This document shows, piece after piece, positions 47,576-59,543 of a DNA stretch of 64,000 bases. A model generated the notes under the pieces. It saw only the letters and a program-made list of their open reading frames with translations. It searched no databases and was not told where the DNA came from. Within the stretch, counting starts at the first letter, position 1; each line of letters starts with the position of its first letter. The DNA is from Syntrophales bacterium (GTDB taxonomy: Bacteria > Desulfobacterota > Syntrophia > Syntrophales > UBA6807), in the NCBI GenBank assembly GCA_040767195.1, contig JAXGPA010000004.1, positions 128,001 to 192,000 on the forward strand, in the 5' to 3' direction. The position numbers were made by a program, and so were the translations under genes.

Positions 47576-50001
47576 GTCAATCTCTCATAGTTGTCGAGTC
47601 CCCCACGAAGGTACGGACCATCCGGAAATACCTCGGCAAGGACTTCGACGTTCTCGCTACCATGGGGCATATCAAGGACCTGCCGGAAAAGAAGCTGGGA
47701 ATCGACATCGAAAAAGCGTTCGAACCCACCTACGCCGTCGTCAAGGCGAAAAAGGACACGGTGACGAAACTCAAAAAGGCGGCGAACAAGGCCGCCGTCA
47801 TCTACCTGGCCCCCGACCCGGACCGCGAGGGCGAGGCCATCGCCTGGCACATCGCAGAGGAAGTGGACCGCAAGGGGAAAAAGGTCTACCGGGTTCTCTT
47901 CAACGATCTCACCCGGCAGACCATCCTCAATTCCCTGGAGCACCCGGAGGAACTGAACCCCTGCAAGTATGAGGCGCAGAAGGCCCGGCGCATCCTCGAC
48001 CGGCTCGTGGGATATCAGTTGAGCCCCCTCCTGTGGGACAAGGTCAAAAGAGGGTTGAGCGCCGGCCGGGTCCAGTCCGTGGCGGTCCGGCTCATCTGCG
48101 AACGGGAAGAGGAAATCCGCCGCTTCGTCTCCGAGGAATACTGGAATATCATCGCCCGCCTGGAGGGCAAACATCCCCCGGCCTTCGATGCCCGGCTCCT
48201 GCGGAAAAAAGGAAAAAAGATCAAGGTCCGGAACGCCGACGAAGCCGCGGAAATCACGGCGTTCGTCAGGACGGCGTCCCCCGTCGTGGAGGCGCTGGAA
48301 ACGAAGGAAACGAAGAGAAACCCCCAGCCCCCCTTCACGACGAGCAAGCTTCAGCAGGAGGCTTTCCGGCACCTCCAGTTTTCCCCGAAAAAGACCATGA
48401 CCGTCGCCCAGAGGCTTTACGAGGGAATCGACCTCGGGGAAGAGGGGCCCACAGGGCTCATCACCTACATGCGGACCGACTCGGTCCGGGTTGCCGACGA
48501 GGCCCTTCGGGATGTCCGTAAATTCATCGGGGAGAATTACGAGGCTTCCTATCTGCCTGACCGGCCGAGAACCTACAAAAGCCGGAAAACGGCCCAGGAG
48601 GCCCATGAAGCCATCCGGCCCGCCTCGACCCGCTACCGGCCCCAGGATATCCGGGCCTACCTGAAGCGAGACGAGTTTCGTCTCTATCAGCTCATCTGGA
48701 ACCGCTTCGTGGCCAGCCAGATGAACCCCGCCGTCCTGGACCAGACGACCATCGACGTCGCTGCGGGGCCTTATCTTTTCCGCGCCCAGGGGTCGGTCAT
48801 GAAATTCCCCGGGTTCACGGTTCTTTACACCGAGGGAAAGGACGAGGGAGAAGAAAACGGGACATTCGGCGCGAAACTCCCTGCCGTCGAGGTGGGGGAG
48901 ACCCTGGCCCTTCTCGATCTCACCTCGGAACAGAAGTTCACCCAGCCGCCCTTCCGGTTCACCGAGGCCACCCTGGTCCGTGAGCTGGAGGAAAAAGGCA
49001 TCGGGCGTCCGAGCACCTATGCCGCCATCCTCTCCACGATCCAGGAACGGGAATACGTCCGGCTCGTGGAGCGGCGCTTCCACCCCACGGAACTGGGCCT
49101 CCTGGTGAACGAGCTTCTCGTGAAGAACTTCCCCCGGATCCTGGACGTCTCCTTTACCGCCGCCCTGGAGGAACAGCTCGACGCCATCGAAGAGGGGAAG
49201 AGAAGCCGCCTTGACACGCTCAACAGTTTTTACGAACCTTTCCGGGACGAACTGGAAAAGGCCCGGGCGGACATGCGAAACGTGAAAAAGGAAGAACTCC
49301 CCACGGATCTGACCTGCGAGAAGTGCGGCGCTCCCATGGTCATCAAGTGGGGCAAAAACGGAAGGTTCCTCGCCTGTTCCCGGTATCCCGAATGCCGGAA
49401 CACGAAGAATTTCAGGGAGGATGAAAACGGGGACATCCGGCCGTCGGAACCGGAGACGACGGATGTGACCTGCGATCTCTGCGGAAAGCCCATGGTTGTC
49501 AAGAAGGGAAAATTCGGAACATTTCTCGGCTGTTCCGGCTACCCCGAGTGCAGGCGGACCATGAAGACGGGGGGAAAAGGCCCGTCCCCGAGCCCGGAAA
49601 CAGCGCCGGAACAGAAGGAAACAGGGGTTCTCTGCGAGAAATGCGGCCGGCCCATGATCCTTCGAAGCGGCCGGTACGGCAGGTTCCTGGGCTGTTCGGG
49701 ATACCCGGAGTGCAAGGGTATCCGGCCTCTTCCCACCGGTGTGAAGTGCCCCGAGGAGGGATGTACGGGCGAGCTGGCGGAAAAACGGACGAAACAGGGA
49801 AGGCGGTTCTATACCTGCACGCGGTATCCCGAATGCAAGTACACCCTGTGGAAAAAACCGGTGCCCGAGGCCTGTCCCCGATGCGGGCACCCCTTTCTCG
49901 TGGAGACACCGGTCCGGGGGAAAGGGACCGTCGTCGCCTGCCCCCGAGAGGAATGCGGTTTCCGGAAAGAGCCCGAGGCGGCCGGCGGCGACCTGTCGTG
50001 A
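47572..50001 (+). CDS. topA: DNA topoisomerase I with C-terminal zinc ribbons
   Basis: [58 protein letters not shown], repeated C4 zinc fingers. Confidence 0.96.
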   Translation: MSQSLIVVESPTKVRTIRKYLGKDFDVLATMGHIKDLPEKKLGIDIEKAFEPTYAVVKAKKDTVTKLKKAANKAAVIYLAPDPDREGEAIAWHIAEEVDRKGKKVYRVLFNDLTRQTILNSLEHPEELNPCKYEAQKARRILDRLVGYQLSPLLWDKVKRGLSAGRVQSVAVRLICEREEEIRRFVSEEYWNIIARLEGKHPPAFDARLLRKKGKKIKVRNADEAAEITAFVRTASPVVEALETKETKRNPQPPFTTSKLQQEAFRHLQFSPKKTMTVAQRLYEGIDLGEEGPTGLITYMRTDSVRVADEALRDVRKFIGENYEASYLPDRPRTYKSRKTAQEAHEAIRPASTRYRPQDIRAYLKRDEFRLYQLIWNRFVASQMNPAVLDQTTIDVAAGPYLFRAQGSVMKFPGFTVLYTEGKDEGEENGTFGAKLPAVEVGETLALLDLTSEQKFTQPPFRFTEATLVRELEEKGIGRPSTYAAILSTIQEREYVRLVERRFHPTELGLLVNELLVKNFPRILDVSFTAALEEQLDAIEEGKRSRLDTLNSFYEPFRDELEKARADMRNVKKEELPTDLTCEKCGAPMVIKWGKNGRFLACSRYPECRNTKNFREDENGDIRPSEPETTDVTCDLCGKPMVVKKGKFGTFLGCSGYPECRRTMKTGGKGPSPSPETAPEQKETGVLCEKCGRPMILRSGRYGRFLGCSGYPECKGIRPLPTGVKCPEEGCTGELAEKRTKQGRRFYTCTRYPECKYTLWKKPVPEACPRCGHPFLVETPVRGKGTVVACPREECGFRKEPEAAGGDLS

Positions 50002-50021
50002 GGCCGGAGGGAGACCCTCCC

Positions 50022-51431
50022 GTGAAAAAAGTCACCATCATCGGAGGCGGCCTGGCGGGATGCGAGGCCGCGTCGATCCTCGCGGAAAACGGCATTCCCG
50101 TCACCCTCTACGAGATGAAGCCCAGGCGCTTCTCTCCCGCTCACCGGTCACCCCTTCTGGCGGAACTCGTCTGCAGTAATTCCCTGCGTTCCGCCGACCG
50201 GGAAAGCGCTGTCGGCCTCCTGAAGGAGGAAATGCGGCTCCTGGGGTCTCTCGTCATGGCGGCGGCGGACCGGACGGCCGTCCCGGCGGGAAAGGCCCTG
50301 GCAGTGAACCGGACACTCTTCTCCCGGCATGTGGAAGACGCCCTCGCAAACAGGCGGGACCTGCAGATCGTCCGGGAGGAATGCCAGGCGGTACCCCGTG
50401 AAGGGACGGTCATCGTTGCCGCCGGCCCCCTGGCCTCGGAGTCCCTCACGGAGGACCTTCTCCGTCTCACCGGTAAGGACCATCTCTACTTTTACGATGC
50501 CATCTCGCCGATCGTTTACGGCGACTCTATAGACAGGAATCGCGTTTTCCAGGCCTCCCGGTATGGAAAAGGTGACAGCGACTACCTGAACTGCCCTTTC
50601 ACGGAAGAGGAGTACCGCCTGTTTCTGGAAACCCTTCTCGCGGGGCGGGAGACGCCCCTGAGACCCTTCGAGGACCCCCGCTTTTTCGAAGGATGCCTGC
50701 CTATCGAAGTCCTGGCTCGCCGGGGGGAGGACACGCTGCGGTACGGCCCCATGAAACCGGTGGGACTGGTGGATCCGCGGACGGGAAAGCAGCCCTGGGC
50801 CGTCCTGCAGTTGCGCATGGAAAACCGGGAGGGGACCCTTTACAATCTCGTAGGGTTCCAGACGAAGCTCGCCCGTCCCGAGCAGGAACGAATTTTTCGT
50901 CTCATACCGGGACTGGAAAAAGCGGTATTCGCCCGGTTCGGAAGCATCCACAGAAACACCTTCATCCATTCCCCGGGTCTCCTCGACGAGAGCCTCCGTT
51001 TCAAGGGCCGGGACACCCTCTTTTTCGCCGGACAGATCACCGGCGTGGAGGGGTACGTCGAGTCGGCGGCCTCGGGGCTCCTGGCGGGTATGAGCGCCGC
51101 CCTTTTCGTCACCGGAAGACCCTTCCCGCCGCCGCCGCGCACAACGGCACTGGGGGCACTCCTGAACCACGTGACGGCCGTGCCGGCGGGTCCGTTTCAG
51201 CCCATGAACATCAATTTTGGCCTCTTCCCCCCCTTGCCGGGAAAAGTCCCCAAAAGGCTCCGGGGGCGGTCTTACGGGGACCGGGCCCTGGCGGAACTGG
51301 CGGCCTGGAAAGACGAAGTAGGCCTCCGTTTCCGGGGAGATCTTCCGGGCCGGGGCGCGGAACGGGGCGACTGCGATAAGGAAGGGCAGGCCGGATGCAC
51401 CGGCACGGATGGACCGTCAGCAGTGGAATGA
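50022..51431 (+). CDS. trmFO: tRNA (uracil-54-C5)-methyltransferase, FADH2/folate-dependent
   Basis: [65 protein letters not shown]. Start GTG 50022. Confidence 0.94.
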   Translation: MKKVTIIGGGLAGCEAASILAENGIPVTLYEMKPRRFSPAHRSPLLAELVCSNSLRSADRESAVGLLKEEMRLLGSLVMAAADRTAVPAGKALAVNRTLFSRHVEDALANRRDLQIVREECQAVPREGTVIVAAGPLASESLTEDLLRLTGKDHLYFYDAISPIVYGDSIDRNRVFQASRYGKGDSDYLNCPFTEEEYRLFLETLLAGRETPLRPFEDPRFFEGCLPIEVLARRGEDTLRYGPMKPVGLVDPRTGKQPWAVLQLRMENREGTLYNLVGFQTKLARPEQERIFRLIPGLEKAVFARFGSIHRNTFIHSPGLLDESLRFKGRDTLFFAGQITGVEGYVESAASGLLAGMSAALFVTGRPFPPPPRTTALGALLNHVTAVPAGPFQPMNINFGLFPPLPGKVPKRLRGRSYGDRALAELAAWKDEVGLRFRGDLPGRGAERGDCDKEGQAGCTGTDGPSAVE

Positions 51432-51492
51432 CATCTCCCGTGATGCCGGCCGACGTGCAGGGCCGACGCGACGGGAGGAAGGAGATAACAGA

Positions 51493-51888
51493 ATGGACGT
51501 ACCGTTTCAGTACAAGGACACGATCCTTGAACACCTGGGGATCGAGTTCCGGGAAATGTCCCGGGAAAGAATGGTCCTCACCATGCCCGTCGACGGCCGG
51601 ACACGGCAGTACACCGGCTCCATCCACGGGGGCGCGTCGGCGGTTCTCGCCGAGACGGCCGGGGGCATCGGGGCGTGGATGAACGTGAATCCGAAAAAGC
51701 AGACCGTTGCGGGCCTGGAGCTGAACATCAACCACCTGAGGCCCGTTTCCGACGGCCTCGTGACGGCCACCGCCACGCCCTACCACAACGGCCGGAAAAC
51801 GGCGGTCTGGGAAGTCCGGATCACCGATGAAAAAATGAGGCTCATCGCGGTGGCCCGGTGCACCCTGGCCATCCTCGATCTCCCCTGA
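51493..51888 (+). CDS. PaaI/hotdog-fold thioesterase
   Basis: QYTGSIHGGASAVLAET, GLELNINHLRPV. RBS GGAG. Confidence 0.88.
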   Translation: MDVPFQYKDTILEHLGIEFREMSRERMVLTMPVDGRTRQYTGSIHGGASAVLAETAGGIGAWMNVNPKKQTVAGLELNINHLRPVSDGLVTATATPYHNGRKTAVWEVRITDEKMRLIAVARCTLAILDLP

Positions 51889-51894
51889 AACCGG

Positions 51895-52683
51895 TCACTC
51901 CCTTACACGGCCTCCCGCGGCGGCGTTTCGGTCGTAGATCATTCGAAGGCCGTCCAGCGTGAGGACCTCATCGACGACGTCGATGGACCGGGTTTCCGGG
52001 GCGATATTCCGGGCGAGACCGCCCGTGGCGATGACCCGGGAGTCCTTGCGGATCTCTTTTTTCATCCGCTCCACGATGCCGTCCACGAGGCCCGCATACC
52101 CGTACATGATCCCCGCCTGCATGCTGCTCACGGTGTCCTTGGCTATGATGACACGGGGACGGCTGAATTCCACCCGGGGCAGCTTGGAAGCCCGGACAAA
52201 GAGGGCCTCGGAAGAGATGGCCATGCCCGGGGCGATGCAGCCTCCCATGTACTCCCCCCGGGCCGTCACGTGGTCGAACGTGGTGGCCGTCCCGAAATCG
52301 ACCACGATGAGTTCCCCGCCGTATTTCTCATGGGCCGCCACGGCGTTCACGATGCGGTCGGCACCCACTTCCTTGGGGTTGTCGTAAAATATGGGCATCC
52401 CCGTCCGGATGCCGGGACCGACGATGAGGGGTTTCTTTTTGAAATATTTCTCGCACAGGGGCTCGAGAATGTTCAGCATGGGGGGAACGACGCAGGAGAT
52501 GATGATGTCCTTGATCATTCCGGGGTCCACGCTGAAAACGCTGCAGAGATTCAGAATCTTGATCCCGTACTCGTCGACGGTGTGGTTCACGACCGTTCGG
52601 ATCCGCCAGTCGTGAAGGAGAACCTCTCCCTGGTACAGGCCGATCACCGTATTCGAGTTCCCGACGTCGATGACTAACAGCAT
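51895..52683 (-). CDS. coaX: Type III pantothenate kinase
   Basis: [41 protein letters not shown]. Confidence 0.95.
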   Translation of the reverse strand: MLLVIDVGNSNTVIGLYQGEVLLHDWRIRTVVNHTVDEYGIKILNLCSVFSVDPGMIKDIIISCVVPPMLNILEPLCEKYFKKKPLIVGPGIRTGMPIFYDNPKEVGADRIVNAVAAHEKYGGELIVVDFGTATTFDHVTARGEYMGGCIAPGMAISSEALFVRASKLPRVEFSRPRVIIAKDTVSSMQAGIMYGYAGLVDGIVERMKKEIRKDSRVIATGGLARNIAPETRSIDVVDEVLTLDGLRMIYDRNAAAGGRVRE

Positions 52684-53468
52684 AGGTTTTCTCCCACGAG
52701 CGAAATGTCCCCGGCGTAAACGGCTTCCCGCCGCCCTTCCCGATCGAGGATCAGAAGAGCCCCCGAGGAATCCAGGTCGAAGACCGTCCCTTCCACCTCC
52801 TTGCCGCCGTTTCGGACCGTCACGGTCTTCCCGAGGATGCCCGACAGCGCCAGCCACCGCTCCCGGACGGCGGCAAACCCCGTCCGCCGGTGGCGGTCAT
52901 ACCACGTCTCGAGAAGCGTGAAAAGGGTCTTCGCGAAATCGACCCGGTCGATCTCCCGTCCCGCCTCCTCCCGGAGAGACGTGGCAATCTCCCGCAAATC
53001 CTCGGGGAACTCTTCCCGTTTCAGGTTCACGTTGATGCCGATGCCCACGATGACATGCTCCACACGCCCCCCCCGGGTGCGCATCTCCGTCAGGATCCCG
53101 CAGGCCTTCCGTCCCCCGATGAGAACGTCGTTGGGCCATTTCACGGTGGCACCGGGACAGACCCGGGACAGGGTCTCGGTGACGGCGACGCCGGTGACGA
53201 GCGTGATTTGGGGGGCATCCCCGGCGGGAATGTCCGGTTTCAGGAGAACGGACACGTAGAGGTTCCGTCCCGGCGGGGATTGCCAGACGCGGCCGAGCCG
53301 GCCCCGGCCCCGGGTCTGGCAGTCGGCGACGACCGCCGTGCCCTCCGGCGCGCCCTCCTGGGCGAGAAGGGCCAGGCGGGAATTCGTGGAATCCACTTCC
53401 TCGATGAAGTGGAGGGGCCTCCCGAGCCAGCCCGACGGGACGAAATCTGTCATCATTCTCGATTTCAT
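52674..53468 (-). CDS. birA: Biotin--protein ligase (no N-terminal HTH)
   Basis: [36 protein letters not shown]. Confidence 0.92.
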   Translation of the reverse strand: MKSRMMTDFVPSGWLGRPLHFIEEVDSTNSRLALLAQEGAPEGTAVVADCQTRGRGRLGRVWQSPPGRNLYVSVLLKPDIPAGDAPQITLVTGVAVTETLSRVCPGATVKWPNDVLIGGRKACGILTEMRTRGGRVEHVIVGIGINVNLKREEFPEDLREIATSLREEAGREIDRVDFAKTLFTLLETWYDRHRRTGFAAVRERWLALSGILGKTVTVRNGGKEVEGTVFDLDSSGALLILDREGRREAVYAGDISLVGENLCC

Positions 53469-53483
53469 CGCGTCAACCCGACC

Positions 53484-54356
53484 CTACAAGGCTCCCTTCA
53501 GAACCAGGTTGAGGGAGATGTCCGCCGCCTTCACCGAGTGGGTCAGGGCGCCCACGGAAATGAAGTCCACACCCGTTTCCGCCACGTCCCGGACATTGTC
53601 GAGGCCGATACCGCCGGACGCTTCCAGGAGCACCCGGCCGTTCACCAGGGCCACGGCCTCCCGCATCATGGCCGGAGGCATGTTGTCCAGCATGATGATG
53701 GACGCGCCGGCGTCGAGGGCCTCCCGGACTTCCTCGAGCGTCCGGGTTTCCACCTCGATCCGGAAAACATGGGACAGCTGCTCCGCGCATCTCCGGACGG
53801 CCTTCGTGATGCCGCCGGCAGCCCGGATGTGGTTGTCCTTGATGAGAACGCCCCCGGAGAGACCGAAACGATGGTTCGTGCAGCCCCCCACCCGGACGGC
53901 GTACTTGTCCAGCTCCCGGAAGCCCGGAACGGTCTTGCGGGTGTCCAGGACCCGGGCGCCGGTCCCCCGGACCCGCTCCGCGTACCGCCGGCTCTCCGTG
54001 GCGATTCCGCACATCCTCTGGAAAATGTTGAGCGCCGTCCTCTCGGCGAGGAGAATGGACGAGGCGTTTCCCCGGATGGCTGAAACGACCTGCCCCGGGG
54101 GGACCCTTTCCCCCTCGGTCACAGAGGCCCGGGTCTCGAGATCCGAATCCACCAGGGTAAAGACCCGGTGAAAAACGGCAAGGCCAGCCACGACCATCTC
54201 TTCTTTTGCCGTGGCCTCGGCAAGGCCCCTTTCCCGGCCGGTCAGGCAGGCCCGGGTCGTCACATCCCCCGTTCCCGCATCCTCCTCCAGAGCCCGGTGG
54301 ATAAGACGATCCAGGGCGGGGCGGAAGAGTTCGCTCACGTCCCCTATTTCTCCCAT
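53484..54356 (-). CDS. nadC: Nicotinate-nucleotide diphosphorylase (carboxylating)
   Basis: GDVTT, AERTALN, DTRKTVPG, NHRFGL, LIKDNH, IEVET, IMLDNM, SVGALTHS. Confidence 0.95.
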   Translation of the reverse strand: MGEIGDVSELFRPALDRLIHRALEEDAGTGDVTTRACLTGRERGLAEATAKEEMVVAGLAVFHRVFTLVDSDLETRASVTEGERVPPGQVVSAIRGNASSILLAERTALNIFQRMCGIATESRRYAERVRGTGARVLDTRKTVPGFRELDKYAVRVGGCTNHRFGLSGGVLIKDNHIRAAGGITKAVRRCAEQLSHVFRIEVETRTLEEVREALDAGASIIMLDNMPPAMMREAVALVNGRVLLEASGGIGLDNVRDVAETGVDFISVGALTHSVKAADISLNLVLKGAL

Positions 54357-57004
54357 TCTTTGAGCCTGTTCAGGGCCCCTTCCAGGACCTGGTTCTTCTC
54401 CCGGAGGGTCTGAAATTTCGATTCTTCCTTGGCCACGATCTCGGGGGCCGCCTTTTCACGGAAATCCCGGTTCGCCAGTTTTCGGGACACCACCTGGAGG
54501 TCCCGGCCGATTTTGGCGATTTCCTTTTCCAGGCGGGCCTTTTCCACGGAGAAATCGATCATGCCCTCCAGGAAGACATAGACCTTCACGGGACCGGCCA
54601 CCCCGGTGGCCACCTGCTTCGGTTCCTCGGCGATTTCCCCGACCACCTCCAGGGATTCCAGGTTCGCCAGCTCCACGAGATAAGGAAGGGCGGACCCGAT
54701 GAGGGCGCGGTCCTTTTCACCGGGCGCCAGGGCGAGGACACGGAGTTTCCGCGACGGCGCCAGGTTCACCTCCCCCCGGATATTCCGGACGGCGGTGACC
54801 ATGTCCTGGAGGAGCAGGGCGTCCGAAACGGCCTCCTCGTCGGCCAGGGCGGCGTCCTCCGCGGGAAAGGGGCTGACCATGATGGACCCTTCTTCGAGGG
54901 AAACCCGCTGGTAGATCTCTTCCGTCACGAAGGGCATGAAGGGGTGGAGGAGTTTCACCGTCGTGACGAGAACCTTCCGGAGCGTGTCCCGGGCGGCGTC
55001 CTTCTCCCGCTTGGCCGCTTCCCCGTAGAGGACCGGCTTGATCCACTCCAGGTACCAGTCGCAGAATTCCCGCCAGATGAACTGGTACAGCGCGGAGGCC
55101 GCCTCGTTGAAACGGTACTCGTCGAGATGCCGCGTGACCTCCGAAACGGTCCGGTTCATCCGGTCCAGGATCCAGCGGTCGAAGAGGCCGTAGTCCTCGC
55201 CCTTGAGCGGCGCCTTCGGGGAGCCTTCTTCCAGGTTCATGAGGGAGAACCGGGCGGCGTTCCAGATCTTGTTCACGAAATTCCGGTAGCCCTCGATCCG
55301 GTCCTCGGACATGCGCACGTCCCGTCCCTGGGCGGTGAAAGCCGCCAGGGTGAAACGGAAGGCGTCGGCCCCGAACTTGTCGATCATGTGAAGGGGGTCG
55401 ATGATATTTCCCTTGGACTTGCTCATCTTGTCGCCCTCTTCGTCCCGGACGAGGGCGTGAAGATAGACGTCCCGGAAGGGCACGTCCTTCATGATGTAAA
55501 TACCCATCATCATCATCCGGGCCACCCAGAAGAAGAGGATGTCGAAACCCGTGACGAGGAGGGACGTGGGATAGAAGGTTTTCAGGGCCTCCGTGTCGTC
55601 GGGCCACCCCAGGGTGGAAAAGGGCCACAGGGCGGAGCTGAACCAGGTGTCGAGGACGTCCTCGTCCTGCCGGATGGCCGACCCCTTGCAGTGCATGCAT
55701 CCATCGGGCTCGTCGGTGGAAACGGTCATCTCGCCGCAATCGTCGCAGTACCAGACGGGAATGCGGTGTCCCCACCAGATCTGCCGCGAAATGCACCAGT
55801 CCCGGATGTTGTCCATCCAGTCGAAATACGTCCCCTCCCACATTTTCGGGACGATACGGGTTTTTCCCTTGATGACCGCAGCCGAGGCCGCCTTCGCCAG
55901 GGGTTTCACCTGGACGAACCACTGCTTCGATATGGCCGGCTCGATGACGGTCTTGCAGCGATAGCAGCGTCCCACGTTGTGGGTATAAGGCTCTTCCTTG
56001 ATGAGATAATCCCCTTTTTTCAGGTCTTCGATGACGTTCTTCCGGGCGGTGTAGCGGTCCTGGCCGCGGTAGGGGCCGCCGTTTTCGTTGATGACGGCAC
56101 TGCCGTCCATGATGATGACGATCTCGATGTCGTGGCGCTGGGCCATGGCGAAGTCGTTGGGATCGCACGAAGGGGTGATCTTCACGGCCCCGGTCCCGAA
56201 TTCGACGGCCACGTAGTCGTCGGCGATGACCGGGATTTCCTTGTTCATGAGAGGCAGGATCACCGTTTTCCCGACAACGTCCCTGTAGCGGGCGTCCTCG
56301 GGATTGACCGCCACCGCCGTGTCGCCCAGCATGGTCTCCGGCCGCGTCGTCGCCACGACGATCTCGCCTTTCCCGTCGGCGTAAGGATAGCGGATATACC
56401 AGAGTCCGCCTTTTTCTTCCTCGTACTCCACTTCCAGGTCCGATATGGCCGTGTGGCACCGGGGGCACCAGTTCACGATGTAATCTCCCCGGTAGATGAG
56501 GCCGTCCCGGTACAGCCGGACGAAGACCTCCCGGACGGCCCGGGAAAGCCCCTCGTCCATGGTGAACCGTTCCCGTTCCCAGTCGCAGGAGCATCCCAGC
56601 TTCTCCAGCTGGTTGAGAATGATACCGCCGTATTTCTCCCGCCATTCCCAGACCTTCTCGATGAACTTTTCCCGCCCCAGGTCGTGCCGGGTCTGTCCCT
56701 TCCGGGCCAGGTCCTGTTCCACCACGTTCTGCGTGGCGATCCCCGCGTGGTCCGTTCCGGGCATCCACAGGGTGTTGCACCCCTGCATGCGGCGGAAGCG
56801 GATCATGATATCCTGCAGGGTGTTGTTCAGGGCGTGCCCCATGTGGAGCATCCCCGTGACGTTCGGCGGAGGGATGACGATGGAATAGGGTTTCCGGTCA
56901 CTTCTGTCCTCCCCGTGAAAAAACCCCGACTGCTTCCACCAGGGGTACCACCTGGACTCCACCTCTCGGGGTTCATACGACTTGCTCAAGGTCTCCTTTT
57001 CCAT
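54344..57004 (-). CDS. valS: Valine--tRNA ligase
   Basis: PPPNVTGMLHMGHA, DWCISRQIWWGHRIP, DVLDTWFSS, KMSKS, C-terminal coiled coil. Start ATG 57004. Confidence 0.97.
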   Translation of the reverse strand: MEKETLSKSYEPREVESRWYPWWKQSGFFHGEDRSDRKPYSIVIPPPNVTGMLHMGHALNNTLQDIMIRFRRMQGCNTLWMPGTDHAGIATQNVVEQDLARKGQTRHDLGREKFIEKVWEWREKYGGIILNQLEKLGCSCDWERERFTMDEGLSRAVREVFVRLYRDGLIYRGDYIVNWCPRCHTAISDLEVEYEEEKGGLWYIRYPYADGKGEIVVATTRPETMLGDTAVAVNPEDARYRDVVGKTVILPLMNKEIPVIADDYVAVEFGTGAVKITPSCDPNDFAMAQRHDIEIVIIMDGSAVINENGGPYRGQDRYTARKNVIEDLKKGDYLIKEEPYTHNVGRCYRCKTVIEPAISKQWFVQVKPLAKAASAAVIKGKTRIVPKMWEGTYFDWMDNIRDWCISRQIWWGHRIPVWYCDDCGEMTVSTDEPDGCMHCKGSAIRQDEDVLDTWFSSALWPFSTLGWPDDTEALKTFYPTSLLVTGFDILFFWVARMMMMGIYIMKDVPFRDVYLHALVRDEEGDKMSKSKGNIIDPLHMIDKFGADAFRFTLAAFTAQGRDVRMSEDRIEGYRNFVNKIWNAARFSLMNLEEGSPKAPLKGEDYGLFDRWILDRMNRTVSEVTRHLDEYRFNEAASALYQFIWREFCDWYLEWIKPVLYGEAAKREKDAARDTLRKVLVTTVKLLHPFMPFVTEEIYQRVSLEEGSIMVSPFPAEDAALADEEAVSDALLLQDMVTAVRNIRGEVNLAPSRKLRVLALAPGEKDRALIGSALPYLVELANLESLEVVGEIAEEPKQVATGVAGPVKVYVFLEGMIDFSVEKARLEKEIAKIGRDLQVVSRKLANRDFREKAAPEIVAKEESKFQTLREKNQVLEGALNRLKEWEK

Positions 57005-57039
57005 CTTCCCTCTCCGGCTTTTTTCGCGTATCAAAGAGA

Positions 57040-57067
57040 AGGCGTAAGGCCTGCGGGCCTTACGCCT
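57040..57067 (-). terminator. Intrinsic terminator-like hairpin between the TPR/SLH gene and valS
   Basis: AGGCGTAAGGCC-TGCG-GGCCTTACGCCT perfect 12-bp stem followed by TCTCTTT on the minus strand. Confidence 0.55.
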
Positions 57068-57142
57068 CAACGGATGCTGTCGGCCGCCGTCTTCAGAAAA
57101 ACGGCTCCCTTCTTTTTTCCTTCATCACCCTCGAGGGGGCCA

Positions 57143-58306
57143 TCACAGTTTCAACTGCTCCTGGATATTCCGGATAATCAGGAGTGCGTCGGCCCCGGAA
57201 ACGGGTCCCAGGGGAACGAACTCGCCGGAGGTGATGTCCTGGGCTTCCATGATGCCCCGGGTGGTCACCACCATGACGGCGTTGAAATAGGGAAGATCGC
57301 TCCGGAGGTCAGGGAAAGGCGACGGGGAACCAATGAACTTGGTGGCAAGCCCCGGATCCTGTCCCACCTTCATGAGAATGTCCTCGATCATCATGGCATA
57401 GGCCGCCCGGGTGATCAGGTCGCCGGGGTAAAATCTCCCGTCGGGATTCACCTCGAGACCCCGAACGCCCATGGCGAGGATCCCCTCGACGTCGTTCTTC
57501 AGGGGGTGATCACCGATATCCGAGGCGGAGGGGAGGGCCGCCTTCTCCTTCGCCATCTTGTACTTTTCCGGGTCCACGAAGGACGTGTCGAAGGTCCTCA
57601 CGCCGAAACGCTTGTAAAGCTCGTCGATCTTCAGCTCCTCCATGAAGAGGGCCGCCAGGTCCGCCCGGGTGATCTTGTCCACCAAGGCGATCTGTTTACC
57701 CGTCCGGCTCCCCGGCATGGCCCGCTCGATCTTCTGCATGAGCTTCCATTCCCTGTCCGCCTCGCGGGTGTATTCGCCCTTCAGCTCGATGACCTGGACG
57801 AACATGTCCCCGGCCTTGCGGAACTCGTAGGCCGTCTTGTAGGCGATTCCCATGAAATAGTAAGCCGCCGACGATTCTGGCTGTTCGTCCAGGGCGTCCT
57901 CGAACTCGTCTTCCGCGTCATCGAGCCAGTCTTCGTCTGGTTTCGCCAGGGTCAGGTAGCGGATCATGGCGACATGATAAAAAGCCTTGTCTTCCTTGGT
58001 CTTGGCGTACTTGTCCGCCTTGTCCATCTGGTCCTCCGCCTCGTCGTAGTTCCCCTGGGAGGCCAGGACGAGCCCCTTTCCCGCGTAAGCCCGGGAGAAT
58101 TTCGGATCGAGCTGGAGAGCCGACTCGAATTCCTCAAGCGCCTTGTCGTATTTTTGCTGGTCCAGGAACTTCATACCCGTGTAGGTGTGATGAGCCGGCG
58201 TGTCGAGCTGGCTTACGGGCTTTCGGGCCTTGGGTCCGCAGGCGAACAGAAGAGACAGGCCCGCGACGATGGCCAGGAAAACAATAAGTTTCCTATGCTT
58301 TTTCAT
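57143..58306 (-). CDS. Lipoprotein with TPR repeats and C-terminal S-layer homology (SLH)-like domains
   Basis: Lipobox LLFAC, TPR (ALEEFESALQLDPKFSRAY), SLH-like DIGDHP...DGRFYPGDLITRA and FPDLRSD...GIM...FVPLGPVSGADAL. Confidence 0.75.
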   Translation of the reverse strand: MKKHRKLIVFLAIVAGLSLLFACGPKARKPVSQLDTPAHHTYTGMKFLDQQKYDKALEEFESALQLDPKFSRAYAGKGLVLASQGNYDEAEDQMDKADKYAKTKEDKAFYHVAMIRYLTLAKPDEDWLDDAEDEFEDALDEQPESSAAYYFMGIAYKTAYEFRKAGDMFVQVIELKGEYTREADREWKLMQKIERAMPGSRTGKQIALVDKITRADLAALFMEELKIDELYKRFGVRTFDTSFVDPEKYKMAKEKAALPSASDIGDHPLKNDVEGILAMGVRGLEVNPDGRFYPGDLITRAAYAMMIEDILMKVGQDPGLATKFIGSPSPFPDLRSDLPYFNAVMVVTTRGIMEAQDITSGEFVPLGPVSGADALLIIRNIQEQLKL

Positions 58307-58417
58307 ATCCTCCTCCTTGTCGTGGCTCTCTTTAACCCTGAAATGAATCCCGATAAACGATACGTCTTTGATTTTTAGCTTCATCAACCGATGAAGTCAA
58401 GGAAATTTACCTGTCTT

Positions 58418-59380
58418 TCAGCCTCTCACGCCATTCGTTTCCCGCCTCAGGAAGGCGTCGACCCGCCGAGCGATTCCTTCCCCGTCATCGGGAGAATACC
58501 ACTCGATCTGTCTGTCCTTTTTGAACCACGTCTCCTGCCGCTTCGCATACAGCCGGGTTTCCCTCCCGATGGCCCCGGCGAGACCGGGAAGGTCCCCCTC
58601 GCCCCGGAGATACCGGAACACGGGGCGGTACGTGAGGGTCTGCAGGGGTTTCAGGCTCTCATCGTATCCCCGTTCGACAAGTCCTTCCGTTTCCGCGACG
58701 AGACCTTCCCGGATCATTTCCTCAACCCGGCGGTCGATCCTCGCGAAGAGATCCTTCCGTTCCCTGGCGAGACCGATGGACAGAACCCGGTAGCGCCTCT
58801 GCCTGAAACCGTGCTCTTTCTGCTGTGCCGTTATGGTCCGTCCGGAAGACTCATACACCTCCAGGGCCCGCATGATGCGCACGGCGTCGTTTTTGTGTAT
58901 CCTCCCGGCCGACTCGGGGTCCACCCGGGCGAGTCTCTCGAAAAGAAGGGAGAGCCCGTGACGAGCCATCTCCTCCCTCAATCGCTTCCTGACACGGGGA
59001 TCCGCCCCGGTGAGCGACGCGAGGCCCCCGAGAAGGGCCCGGAGATAAAGGCCCGTCCCGCCGACCACCCAGATGACCTTCCCTGACCGGTGCAGGCTTT
59101 CGATGATCTCCCCGGCCCGGGCCGTGAAATCGGCGGCGCTGAAAGGCTCGTCCGGGTCGACCACGTCGATGAGGTGATGGGGGATGGCCTCCCGGACGGA
59201 CCGGGAGGGCTTCGCCGTACCGATGTCGAGGTAACGGTAAACCTGCATGGAGTCGGCACTGACGATCTCACCACCGAAAAACCCCGCGAGACGGATCACA
59301 AGGTCGGTCTTTCCCGTCGCCGTGGGACCGGTGAGCACGACGAGACGGGGCCTCTCCTCCTCCGCAGCGCGGGCCTTCAT
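58418..59380 (-). CDS. miaA: tRNA dimethylallyltransferase
   Basis: GPTATGKT, SADSMQVYR, IGTAKP, VVGGTGLY, RIMRALEV, YAKRQETWF. Confidence 0.95.
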   Translation of the reverse strand: MKARAAEEERPRLVVLTGPTATGKTDLVIRLAGFFGGEIVSADSMQVYRYLDIGTAKPSRSVREAIPHHLIDVVDPDEPFSAADFTARAGEIIESLHRSGKVIWVVGGTGLYLRALLGGLASLTGADPRVRKRLREEMARHGLSLLFERLARVDPESAGRIHKNDAVRIMRALEVYESSGRTITAQQKEHGFRQRRYRVLSIGLARERKDLFARIDRRVEEMIREGLVAETEGLVERGYDESLKPLQTLTYRPVFRYLRGEGDLPGLAGAIGRETRLYAKRQETWFKKDRQIEWYSPDDGEGIARRVDAFLRRETNGVRG

Positions 59381-59543
59381 TCCGGAAACCCTCCTCCCCC
59401 TGTCGTTCGGTTCAGGCGGCTTCGCAAAAGCAATCCAGCGGTTCCAGTCCCCGATTCGGAGAAACAGGCCGTCCCCGCCCGTTTCTCCCTTGAGATGCAC
59501 CGGTGCCGATATGTCATGGGAGGGGTTGGAAGGACGTTTTCCT

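Noticed and set aside
54944..58378. Very long antisense ORFs (1144 aa here; also 47044..49890, 14822..17476, 23086..25503, 8853..10964, 20436..22439)
   Set aside because: They lie opposite well-supported genes, carry no recognisable motifs, and are expected shadows of high third-position GC.
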